The notes under the pieces: model-generated
Seen by the model: the letters and a program-made list of their open reading frames with translations, nothing else
Database searches by the model: none
Told to the model about the DNA's origin: nothing
In this document: in pieces, positions 37,311 through 49,157 of the stretch
Numbering within the stretch: position 1 is the first letter of the stretch
Layout: every line of letters begins with the position of its first letter
Assembly (NCBI GenBank): GCA_043228905.1
Contig: JBHGNT010000008.1
Span: 17,918,001 to 17,982,000 of the forward strand
Length of the DNA stretch: 64,000 nt
Direction: 5' to 3'
DNA from: Azolla caroliniana
Taxonomy: Eukaryota > Plantae > Polypodiophyta
Made by a program: the position numbers and the translations under genes

Positions 37311-37351
37311 TGCTTGGCATAGGGTGACCGTCTTTCGATTGATGATGGTGA

Positions 37352-37736
37352 TCGGGTATTTAATCTTTAGTTTGCCTTCTTCACGTTGGCGGCGAGGTCG
37401 TCCACTTCCGACTGCTCTATGCCGAACGTATCCCTGGCAGTAGCGGGTTGGCGGCAAAGAGAGCCACAACAAGCTGGGAGAGCCCATACATCCAACGTGC
37501 AGGCTTAATGTCACAGCATGAGCATCATCTACACACCATACATCCACTGAAAATTTGAATAATCCATAACCATTGGTAATTGTCCTTTATCAAAGAACAT
37601 CCTGGTTGTACTTGCATTGAATAACACAGCCATAGGCCTTCGTGGAGTTTGTTGTGGTGTCCTTATTGCCAACGTACTACTGTATTTTTTGATTGACGTG
37701 CGCACATTCAATGAGCCATAGATATAACCGCATTTT
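37352..37736. pseudogene. Collapsed GLP pair remnant: minus-type 3' coding end fused to plus-type 3' end/UTR
   Basis: 37352-37486 aligns with 31762-31892 and 59573-59720. About 37490-37736 aligns with 44734-44900 and 36075-36300. Confidence 0.8.
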
Positions 37737-38510
37737 ATTATCGTCTTCTAAGGTCAAATATCACATATGGAACCAAAAAGTGAATCATTTTTAGGGAGAT
37801 TAAATATTGGAATCAATTTAGGAGAGTACGAACTCTCCATGTTCACGAATTTTAGAGTGTTGCTATCGAGATTGCACGTTGTGATTGTTATCCGGAGGGG
37901 AATGTGTGTCAGGAGTCGGCACTATGGAACCAAATTGAATCATTTTAGGGTGTATATTTGGAACTAAGTGGGTAGAGTAGGGACTCTCAGTGTTCACAAA
38001 TTTTACAATGTTGCAATCGAGATAGCACACATTGATAATGTGTATAGGGAGTGGGCAACATTGATAATGTGCATTTTATCCAAGTGTCATACACTTGAGT
38101 CTTATGTCACTTGGTCATGGCAAAAGATGCACCTAATAAAATCAACGGCCTTCCTCCTCGAATGCACGCACATTGGTAGAGGACTAGATTGACAGTTGCA
38201 CTAGAAAGCAAAAAAATCGAATGTGATTGAATGGAGCACATTGTATCGAAGTGTCATATTCTTGAGGCATGCACTTGATCATGTCAAAATATGCATAGTT
38301 AATTAGTCATCTCGCCTATACCTATGCAATAGCCATGCATGTGATTGTGAAAGGAATGGGTATAGGGAATGGACACGATTGAGAAAGTAGGTAAAAACAA
38401 ATTCAAATGTGGTCAAATGCAACACATTGTATCAAAGTGTTATACTCTAACTCTTGCATTTATATATGGAAAAATATCTATAGTTAATCAGTTGCGTCAC
38501 ATGTGTACAA
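37737..38510 (-). repeat. Degenerate reiterated array derived from the 3' end of the RTEX-like LINE family
   Basis: ATTATCGTCTTCTAAGGTCAAATAT matches the LINE terminus at about 20012-20037. GACTCTC..TGTTCA..ATGTTGCAATCGAGA occurs twice. CATTGTATC(A/G)AAGTGT-like blocks lie at about 38072, 38239 and 38425. Confidence 0.65.
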
Positions 38511-39877
38511 TACCTCGAAGTCACATCTAACCTAGTCGTTAACGTTATAAGTCATCCTTGAAGAGGTCTGAATGGGTTCAAATCTCTATTATGAGTTTGG
38601 AGTTTTGGTATATATTTATAACATTATCCCCTTCCTTCCATGAGGAGTGCCACGAGTCACAAGGCACAAACTAGGACTTGACTTATTCGGATATCAATGA
38701 TGAAATTTAGTTAAAAGTTATGCACCATTAATGAGATTCTCAATGCTCGATCCACATGTGCATAACCCAATCAATCAACAAAATAATAATAATAATTGTG
38801 CACAACCTTGAACTCCAAAATGCTTTTCACTTGATAATTTGGACCTTTATTAAGCTAAATTGGAGGCGGTGTGGTGTATTGATTGTGTGCGCCTCACAGA
38901 AGCCCTTCTATTAATCAATGGAGTGCTCCCTCCTGTTGATGTCATTTGCTTAGGGATCAGACCAACATATACCCTATTGGTGGCGAACTAGGCAGAGGTA
39001 GTTGTCAAATACCTTTGAGCCACTAACTAACTGTTGAGAGGGTCTAGTCGAATGTCTTGCATCTAGTCAGTGGTGGTTTTTTTATGCATCTTTTCTTTTG
39101 AAATTTGGATATCGAATGAAGAAGTCATGAACTTTTTTCCTACCTAAATCTTCATATCCACGCCTTGCTTTTTTCTGCTTCTTTTTTCTTTTTTCCTCTT
39201 TTTTCCTCTTTTTTCCTCTTTTTTCTTCTTTTTTCTACTTTTGAAAAATGCTTCTAACTTTATATCCCATCAAGTTCCTTCTTCCATTAATACTTGATCC
39301 TTTCATACCGCTCTTTATTGTTAGACAACTTAGCATCCAACATATTTGCAACGGTCTTTCCATACGAACAAAGATTGACTTCATACTTGACATGGGTCCA
39401 AAGGCCAATGAGTTGGTGGCTGGTTGGTCATTTATTTATGGTGAATGTGAGTCCCCATGATAGGTGTCGGTGTCGTCAGAACTCGAGTGTCTCGATTGAA
39501 GGGGAGTTGAGTAGAATCGTCAGAAGCTGCAAAAAATGAATATTGACTTGCATGTCAAGTTCGGGAATGTTGAGGTATGTTTGATGACATGCCGCATGAC
39601 CCGGATCATCCCAGCTTCTGTCAGTGTCACGGTGGTGTGGGGTCCAAATCATTACGAAAGACTTTTCATGTCGGTATTATGGTGAAATTATTGTTGGTTG
39701 TCATGATACTTGTGCCAATTTATCATGCCAACAAACTGATTGGATTATTGACTTGGGCGCCTCATACACATAAACAAAGGAGTTAAAATGAAGACAATAT
39801 CTTATTATCACCACTCTTAGTACAAAGAGGTCTAGCACCAACAATAGAGAGAGAGAGAGAGAGAGAGAGAGATTAGC

Positions 39878-41000
39878 AGAGTATGTTGGATTTTGTGGAA
39901 TGACATCCCCCACAAGAAAGGGGATGTGCCAATTCATTACAAATCGAGGTTTTGGCAACATCAAGGCTATTGAGGTAGGAAGGTAAACAAATTCTTAACC
40001 TTCAATTTAATCGGATGACTAGATTGGGTTTGGTAACAGTTAAGGATGCTATGTTGGTTTCACAAAGAAGATTAATCACTTTTCGAACAATAAGATCAAC
40101 ATTTCGTATTCCAAAAGGTTATAACTTTATTTGGGATAAGTTGCAACAAATACTATCTTCGCATGAGCCAATTCCTAATTTAGATGGGCGATCTCAAGAG
40201 CTTGATTGGAGGTTTGTTGGAAATAAGAGATTGACTATGATCTCAACGAATGTTGCTTATCACAAGTTGATTGACAAACATAAGTGGTTGGAAGAAAGGG
40301 TTATAAATGTATGGGGTTTTCATAAGCCCATTACTTCGTGGTTTCATGTGATCAAGGTAGGTTGGTGTTCTCGACTGATGCTACGAGCCAAGGTATTATT
40401 TGGAGCGTTATGGTTGGAGCTTTACCATTAGGGGATGCATTAAAAAGAAGAAACATTACTAAAGGATTGTGTTTCTTTTGTTCGATGGAATTGGAACATA
40501 GTAGGCATTGATTTATTTCATGCCCGATGGCAAGGATGGTTTGGAGGTGTATCAGTTTAGTGTGGATGTCTCTAACAGGAGTAAGTCTATCTTCCTTCAG
40601 TTGGGTTTTTGCACATATGGAGAACAATGAACCGATGCCTCATTTTCAAATTATTTTTGAGTTCTTGAGGTATTGGGGGCTATGGTTCAATTGGAATATG
40701 CGGAATGCCTTCATTTTTTATTCGCAAGTTGGGGTGAGAAAATATGTTCTAAAGTTAAAAAGACTTCTTTTGTGGCAATTGACAGCGCTAGAGAAGTCAT
40801 GAAATCTCAACCAGGAAGAGAGAGAACTTTGCAACCAGGAAGAGAGAGAATTGGTGTGTAGGGTGGCATTGAGTTTGGTGGCGTAGTATTCTTTAGATCC
40901 CTTGATAGAAGGGTCCTATACTTTGTAGTAAGTTAGTCATGGTGGTGTTTTTTTCTTTCGTAATGAAAGCCATTATTTACGAAAAAAAAGGAAAAAAGAA
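39878..41000 (+). mobile_element. 5'-truncated L1-like LINE with A-rich tail and 12-bp TSD AGAGAGATTAGC
   Basis: zf-RVT-like region (GALPLGD..CFFCSMELEHSRH..SCP..RMVW; W..WNMRNAFIF). TSD at 39866-39877 and 41001-41012. Confidence 0.85.
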
Positions 41001-41517
41001 AGAGAGATTAGCGTTTGGTTTATTAATTATATCGCTAATCTCTCTTATCTCTTAATTACAATTAGCGAGATAGAAGAGGAAGCTTAAATCTTTAAGCACT
41101 AGGAGAAATCTTAAGATTGAGAAGAAGCTTAAAAGACACTACAAAGTTGCTTTTATAGTTTTTATAATATGAGTATGGTCATTTCACACTAGGCTACCCA
41201 TTGGCTTGCATCCCCTTACTTGGATTGTTCTATCCCCCTTTTTGTAAGTTAGTTGCTTAGTGATCTTGTTGGTGCAAATATCTTCACAACCAATGTGCCA
41301 CATGCCATTTACTTAACAATTTAATAAAATAATGAAAATTATATTCCACTTGAATAGTGTAAAAGAGGTAATTGCCAATTACTAGAGCACATCACTATAG
41401 AGCTACTCCTAAGGCAAACCTCATTACCAATATGTCAGACAACCTTTGCTATAAGTGGCAATTTAGAATGCCAACTACGTTTCATGATCCATAGTTAGAG
41501 TTATGTAACATTCTATT

Positions 41518-41577
<60 letters not shown>

Positions 41578-42079
41578 TCTCTTCGTAAACATTAACGTGT
41601 TAATAAGGAAAGTCAAATTACAATGTACAGAATATGATATCGTATTGGCTCACCACAAAATCAATCAAGATTCCCATCACATCCTTCATCTCTAGATACA
41701 TCATTATGAACCTCTATAGTCCCATGTGATAAAGACAAATGCAAATGATGGACATGATGCTTTGCCAACCTATAAATCCCTAATTCCTCTTGTGACAACC
41801 TCCATGAAGTTTCCAGTAAGGATAACCATTGTAGCAATATGCCTTTCAATTGTCGAATGTGTCTTCAAACACCATATTGTGCATAAAAACCAAGGCATTC
41901 CAACCACTTATGCCATAATCCCCAATACCTTAGATATATAAAGGCAATCTTGAAATGTGGGGAAGACGTTCTCAACTATAAATGACCAAATTACCCATTG
42001 AAACGAAGATTTTGACACAGGGTACAAATGTGTATAGGTATAAATTTCTAGATGCAAACCTCTCATGTGTTTAACTCGA

Positions 42080-42765
42080 TGGGATAATATTGGTTTTGCC
42101 TATTGTGGGAAAGGATCAAATTTTTCAAAATGGCTAAGAAGACAACCCAATTAAGATTGAGGCCCCGATAGTTGAATGTATGTGTCTACATAATTTGTAG
42201 AGGTCACTTACATATTAAAAGATACTCCATGTGAATGTAATTTTAGGTGAGACCCACGCATCTTAAATGTATTTATTATTGAAGAGGATGTTCCAGTTCC
42301 ATCTTACCATGTGAACAGTCAGCAAAACAACATACTCCATACATAGTTTGATAGGAGACGAGGGTGTTAAAGGTGAGATCATGTACTCTTGATACTAGAA
42401 TACGAGGGCTTTCTTAAGGAATCAATGTGAAGAGGGCAAAACAATATTGGTAAGAAAGCACAGTTCTTTTATGGACACGTGTGTATGTTGTGTCAGTAGT
42501 GTCTAGAGGGGGTGTGTAGGTGAGGCTTGTACTAGGAAGAGGCCCTAGGTGAAACGTTACAAAATTTAAAAATGCCTTAAACTTACAAATGGCATGGTTA
42601 CTTTAAACTCCCCATAAACCAAGACAGGTTTGTTTTGAATATTAAATGTAGATAGAATGTTGTAAAAGATTGAATTTTTTTGTAATCAAAGACACACCCT
42701 TTAGCCACATCTCTCTCTCTCTCTCTCTCTCCCCCCCCCCCCTTTTAGTTTCTGGACGAAGTATT
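42080..42765 (+). repeat. Third, diverged copy of the plus-type GLP far-upstream region without an adjacent gene
   Basis: Aligns with about 34420-35075 and 61640-62375 (GAAGACAACCCAA, TTTGTAGAGG, CCCTT..AGTTTC.GGACGAAG). Confidence 0.7.
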
Positions 42766-44343
42766 CTTCGACGTTAGTGTAGGCCAAAAACATAAAGACA
42801 AACACAAATACAATCATTGATATGTGCACCACATACACATACATTCGCGCACCACGGACACATTCAACTATCCTATCATTAATGGGCGATGAAGGCATGA
42901 CTCAATAAAAAAAGAATTTCAAGGTAATCCCAACATCTTAAGACTCACAGAGCCTTCCAAATCAATCGAGACTATCATGCCCCAAAGCTACCAATGAGGC
43001 TTGGAAAGGGGAGAATCACTATTTCCACTACGATCTCCTTTGCGCTTGGTTGAACATGACAAAGTGGTCTTCTATGGATATGAACTTTACAAAGTGATAA
43101 ATTGCAAAGAGTGAAACCCAAAAGCCCACTTTACAATTAACCAAAACATTAACTTATCTTAGACACGTCCTCACCATTCTATTTCTACTACGTCTAAGCC
43201 ATCATCATTGTGCTGCAAGTACTCAGACCAATTTCATCATCAACTTCAGCGAGAACAACCAGGAGCACATACAAAATTACTTGTTTAATGCATGACATTA
43301 TCCACTGACTACTACTAAACTGCATGTTTAATCCAAAATATGATTTGTGAATGTTGCAGCAAGCTGTATGATTGATATTGGAATGCGCAGCCTTTATTGC
43401 AGAATGCTTTCCCCTTTAAGCTCTCCATAATACCAGACCGTTTTAACACCACTATTTCAATATGCATTGCATTATATGCTTTCCTTAATTACATACTGCT
43501 TCAAGACCATCAGCAGAGGGTACTTTCATATGATTTTTACCGTTTTCTTCAACATCTTTACAGTGGGAAGCTCTGTATAGAGCCTCCCTCCCAAAAATTA
43601 GGGTTAGGGCGTTTGAGGTAGGAGGAGCACACGGTATTCTTTAGTAAAAGGCGAAAGAATAGTTCGCTCTGTGCTCAACCCACGCCTTCCCGCTGAGACT
43701 TACAAATGCTGGTGCCTTCAATTTATAGTCCTAGAGTTACCTTGCCTTTCTATGTGGGATGAGCGAAATACGAGTCCTCTTCTTCACCCACACACCTTAT
43801 TTTTTGTTATTCACTATTTCGTAGAAGTACATTTCCCCAAAGGGAAGGGCTTTCTATATGTCATTGTGACATGGGAGAAATTCGAACTCGAAACCTCAAG
43901 AAATTCCTTGATGTCCAAATGCCGCCCAACACCATTTTTTGGAGTCTAGTAGTGTTTAGTTTGGAGACGGAGACTCTCTCTGTGTAGAGAAGCGATGAGG
44001 TTGGTGCGTTTGTGCAGCTTCCTTCGAATATGGATGGATGTATGCAGCACGATTCAGAGCACTATATTATGGTGTGGCACCATCCTACATGTGACTATAT
44101 TATGTTGTGGCACCATAACATTGGCACATGCTTGATTGCTTCAAAGTTCACACTCCCTTAATAACTGTTTGCCTCTTCTGTTGTGCCTATCTCCATGATT
44201 TTGTCACGACCGATGAAATGCTAGCCATTAAAATGTAAACAGTGAGATTGGTGGCATATTTGTATTATTCCACCTAACTGTGTGATAACAATGGTCACAC
44301 GATCACTTGTATGTATAGATAAGAGCTACCATGGTCTAACAAT

Positions 44344-44762
44344 AGCGTGCAGGCGATGATCACCCTCGTCTCCGTCGACAACTGGGCATGTCCATCGCTC
44401 GCATTGACTTCCCGCCCAACGGTGGTCTAAACCATCCCCACGTCCACCCGCGTGCCACCGAAGTGCTGTTGCTAGCTCAGGGCACGCTTACCTTCAGCGG
44501 CTTCATCTCCAACAGCAACACCCTCTTCCAGGCCACATTGTATGCTGGCGATCTCTTCATGTTCCCCCGTGGCCTCCCCCACTTCCAGATCAACCCCGAC
44601 GAGAAGAACCCAGCGTTAGCCATCGCCTCCCTGAACAGCTAGAATCCAGGGGTGTCTCAGCTTATGGCCGCCCTCTTTACCGCCGAGCCACCAACTGCCG
44701 GGCATTGAGCAATCTGAAGTGGATGCCCTCACCGCCAGCGTGCAGGCCAGCCTATAGCTTGA
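44344..44762 (+). pseudogene. GLP pseudogene, 5'-truncated, with deletions and a premature TAG at 44640-44642
   Basis: [33 protein letters not shown]. Preceded by a copy of the 32935-33230 intergenic sequence and followed by a plus-type 3' UTR. Confidence 0.92.
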
Positions 44763-45127
44763 GCTACGGTGGCCCAATGTCATATAGCATGAGCATCATC
44801 TACGCACCATCCATCCACTGAATAATTGACTCCTGCACTCTTGATCGGCGATCGTCCACCATTGTAATTGTCGTTTATCAAATGAACATCTTCGTTGTAC
44901 TTCCTCTTGGGGACAAAGGTCGTCAAAAACTAATTGACAAGCACACACAACGAAACGAAATAAAATAAAATAGTTTCTTTTTCCCTTAATTTCTGTTGGT
45001 TACATACATATGGGAATGAAAATACAAAGAAAAACCGATTGCATTTAGGGCATACTAGTCTTACAAAATGATTGTCAATGTCAAGATCCAAAAAATTCTT
45101 GGCAGTCACGGTGGAATCACTGAACCA

Positions 45128-45249
45128 TCAAGTTAACAACAAAATGTTGGAGGAGCATGGAGAAGCGGTCGAAATGTTGTTTTCTGGTTCAAGTTAACAA
45201 CAAAATGGTGGAGGAGCATGGAGAAGCGGTCGAAATGTTGTTTTCTGCT
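45128..45249 (+). repeat. Tandem duplication, 61-bp unit x2
   Basis: TCAAGTTAACAACAAAATG..GGAGGAGCATGGAGAAGCGGTCGAAATGTTGTTTTCTG repeated. Confidence 0.9.
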
Positions 45250-45475
45250 TTTTTCCTACAGGGAAGAAGATGAACAACACAGAAAAAAAAAAATAGGCAC
45301 ACACTAAATGTTTTGGCAAACACTTAAATAAAACCTGTTGGGTAAACACACAACAATACCACAATTCCACACTGAAGCTAACAAATCATTTCCCACTTCT
45401 GTTGTTGTTAAATGACTTGAATTAATTTTTGTGGTTTATGAAAAGCCACGTCTCTCATCTGCATGAAGTATATAT

Positions 45476-47818
45476 TGTGGTGTCCCTTTCATGCAAGAGC
45501 ATGCATTTGAACACACCACTCTTTTAGTCACTCCCGTTTAGCACATCACCCATTTTAGCCCACCCTTTTAGCACACCATTTTGGGACACGTGTAGCTAGG
45601 CCGTCCCAAAATGGGTTCTTTGTATCTTCTATATATTGAATGATAAGTATGAACCTAGCTAGCTGGTTTGGTTTCCTTTTATGTGCATTTCACATAATTG
45701 GTGGAGAAGCGGGCTCAAATTTTAGCCACTACTACATTATTCATGGCATCCCAATTCCCTTTCGCCACCTCCAACGTCGATACCCCGATGGAGCGTGAGT
45801 TCTCGCAACCTCACGCACGACCTCCCCCTTTCCAAATGGAGCAGCTCTTGGAACTCGTCTCCAACGACATGCTTCAAATAAGCCATACGAATCAAGCTAT
45901 GCTCTCCTTCCTCTCCGCTCACAACCACCGTGCGCAAGATCGTCCAGATTCCAAGGTGCACCCGAAGTCTTTCTCCGGATTGCCTTCCAAGGATAACTTA
46001 GCTTGGTTGGATCATTTTGAGATGATCTCTAGTTACCATCGATGGTCCGACAGAGCGCAAAGCTTTGGAAGTTCATACCTTGCTCGAAAACGTCGCCGCC
46101 ACCTGGTACGTCCAACAATCAAGCGACGTGACCGAGAATTGGGTGATCCTTCGGGATCTCCTCGTACAAAACTTCGCTCATCAAAATTCAGCCCAAACAA
46201 CATTACAACAACTCAAAACATTGCAACAACAAGCACACGAACCCGTGGGCCAATTTGGTGTTCGCTTCAATCAACTCCTCATTCGCGTTGACCCGACCAT
46301 GCCCGAGCATGTGAAGCTTTTCTTCTTATGGCCTCGTCTGCGCCACGACATCACTCGCCGCGCTCGGGACCAAGGTCCGCAGACATTCAACGACGCCATC
46401 CTCATCGCCCAACGAATCGAAGCTTGTACATTATCTGACACCCAACCTCGTTGGCCCCATCCATCAGCCACCGACTCACGCACCCAATACCAAGGCGCGG
46501 CCCCCATGGACATTGATGTCCAAAACATGCAATTGCAAGCTCGCCGCAACCGTCCCGATCGCGATAGCCAAGGGCGCCCAAGGTGATTCTATTGCCACAA
46601 TTATGGACACGTCCGACGTCAGTGCCGGAAATTGCAACAACAAACTCACAAGCAACAAGTCCAGATAACTATGGCTGACGCGGCATCGTTGGCTGAGCTT
46701 CCGGGAAACTGACGTCCGGGGTGCTAATGGAAGAGCCAGCCCTCCACATCCAAGCGTCTGCCTCTTCTAGTTCGAGGGTATGCACCGCCCTCGCCACCAT
46801 TAATCACTGCACCCACACCATCTTATTAGACACTAGTGGTAGTATATCTTCTATTAGCACCGCTTTAGTACACCGGTTAGGTCTCCCAACATCCACTGCT
46901 CCTTCCATCCAAGTCCTTTTTGGCGATCACCAACATCTTTACCACTCTCACACACAAGCCCATTGCACCTTCACCTTAGGCACTATCACTTTCTCACATC
47001 ACTTTTATGTCTTGCCCCACCAACTCTTCCCCCTCACCCTAGGTTGTGATTGGTTCCTCAAGCGCCGCGCTGTGATTGATTTTGATGCCCACAAACTTCT
47101 TGTCCCACATGCTTCCCCTATCCCTCTTCTACAAGATAGCTCCCCTAGCCCCCACCTTAGCCAAGTTCAGGTACCACTTAGTCCACAAGAGCGATTGGTC
47201 TCCATCCGCCAATTATTAGCCCGTTTTCCATCACTAACCCTCCAACCCACACATGCTCCTATTGTCTCTTTCCCGGTACAACATGCCATTGGTACTGGGG
47301 AGGCCACTCCGATCCGCATGGCTACCCGCCGACGTTCCCCTCTCGACCACGATCGCATTGATGCGGCCGTCACCGACATGCTCACCAAAGGTATTATCGT
47401 TCCTTCCACCAGTGATTGGGTTTCGAAACCCCACCTTGTCAAGAAGGATGATGGCACCTTCCGCTTTTGCATCAACTTCAGGCCTCTTAACAAAGTGACT
47501 ATCCATGACCTCTACCCGCTCCCTCGCGTGGACGACCTCTTGGATCAAATCGGGGGCTCCCGTTATTTCACCTCCCTGGACTTAGCCTCGGGATATTGGC
47601 AAATCCCCCTAAAACCTTCTGACGCCCACAAGACCGCATTCTGCACACGCCGCGGGCTATTCCAATTCACCCGCATGCCGTTCGGCCTGTCTGATGCTGG
47701 CAACACATTCCAACGCATGGCCAACTCCATTTTTGCCGCCCTTATCAACAAAGGTGTCCTCCTCGTTTATCTCGATGACATCCTTATCCACACGGCCACT
47801 TGGGAGGACCATCTACAA
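45476..47818 (+). mobile_element. Gypsy element B 5' half: LTR 45476-45694, tRNA-Ala-type PBS, gag, protease, RT; truncated
   Basis: TGTG...CACA LTR; PBS TGGTGGAGAAGCGGG at 45699. Gag with PMDID and a CCHC knuckle whose first Cys is now TGA. LLDTSG, LDLASGYWQI, MPFGL, VYLDDILI. Confidence 0.88.
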
Positions 47819-48802
47819 GCTTTAAACTCACTAATAAAATCTTCAAAGTTATTAAGCAAGGGCGATTGTTTTTCTAGAAGCGGAGTGAACCATGGTAAGG
47901 CTGAGCCGCTAAGCAACGTGCCTACTAAGCCGACTCGGGATGCATCAGTGGGGTATCGGGAAGGATGCATTTGGAGGACTAATCGTACCTGATTAAGGAA
48001 TCCCCTGAATTGCGATCGCGTTCCATCAAATTTCACAGGAAGTCCAATCTTCGGCTCTCAATGAAATCCTTGGGGACTAGATCCTTGTTGTTGCAATGCC
48101 GCTTCGAGTTGTTGCACCCGTAACTCTAACACCCCATGTTGTTGTCGCGTTTGTTGTTTTTCTAGAGTGATTTGTTGCGGATCCCCTATCAGCGGTTGGT
48201 TTTCTTGTTCCAAGGCAACAAATTTTTCTTTTAGGTATTGTAGCTCAGAGAAAATGGATTGATATTCTTGGGCGCTAACAATAGCCATAGTATAGGGAAA
48301 AGGGTAGGAGGATGAGGGAGAACGACAAGTAGGCTGGAGGAAAATTTTGGTTCAAACTGTCAGGAATAGTACTAAAGAAGAGATGGAATTAGTACTAAAG
48401 AAGAGGAATACTATTAGTACTAAGAGGACGGGACTGCGTAAGACTCTTGAGAGAGAGAGAAAGAGAGAAGAGAAAAGAGAGATAGCGAGGATGAGAGAGA
48501 GAGAGATGATGATAACAGCCAATATATTATGTGAAGGATAAGTACAAAATGGCTAAGAGGCTTAAGACTGGCATTGAACCAATTTGGTTCAACATAATGC
48601 CTAGTGCCTTCTTTTATATTGTTCTCAGGAGTAATCCTGAAACTTTTAGAATGTTCCAGAGAAATCTGGAATATACATTACTTTCTTAGAATAAAGCATA
48701 AATGAAAATAATATTCTATTAATTACAATAGATGGTGTGATGGTTAAGAGCTTGACCCATATACCATGAGGTCATGGGTTCGAGTCTTGCCATATCATGA
48801 CA
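47819..48802 (-). mobile_element. Chromovirus C fragment: gag 5' part plus 5' LTR (48358-48802)
   Basis: Close paralog of 56856-57836. LTR TGTCAGGA...TCATGACA. Confidence 0.92.
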
Positions 48803-49014
48803 CAATTTGAGAGGAATTCATGTTTATATCCATTATTCTTGATGTGATAGTGATCCGGGATAAATACAATTTTCCATGAACAAGATAAGACAACCGGAAC
48901 TCACCTGATTGAAGAGGTCGAAGATGATTGAATACAATCGAAGACCCGCAATGTGTGTTGAGTATGTGGATGACAACAACACAAGACTCCTTATTTTAAT
49001 CTCTGCTTCTCGCA

Positions 49015-49157
49015 CACACCATTTTGGGACACGTGTAGCTAGGCCGTCCCAAAATGGTGTGCTAAAAGGGTGGGCTAAAATGGGTGATGTGCTAGATGGG
49101 AGTGGCTAAAAGAGTGGTGTGTTCAAATGCATGCTCTTGCATGAAAGGGACACCACA
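49015..49157 (-). repeat. Inverted partial copy of the Gypsy B LTR with a hairpin
   Basis: 49060-49157 is the reverse complement of about 45476-45575. The hairpin core is direct with about 45572-45614. Confidence 0.9.

Noticed and set aside
41519-41582. Long (CT)n tract and ERERER/SLSLSL-type ORFs across the window
   Set aside because: Ordinary microsatellites producing spurious low-complexity ORFs.
45128-45249. CRISPR-like or other repeat-spacer array (also 50402-50867 and 57964-58073)
   Set aside because: Simple two-copy tandem duplications without unique spacers, in a eukaryotic context.
48733-48792. Functional tRNA gene
   Set aside because: Acceptor and anticodon stems do not pair and the sequence is an integral part of LTRs. 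Kept only as a tRNA-like A/B-box cassette.
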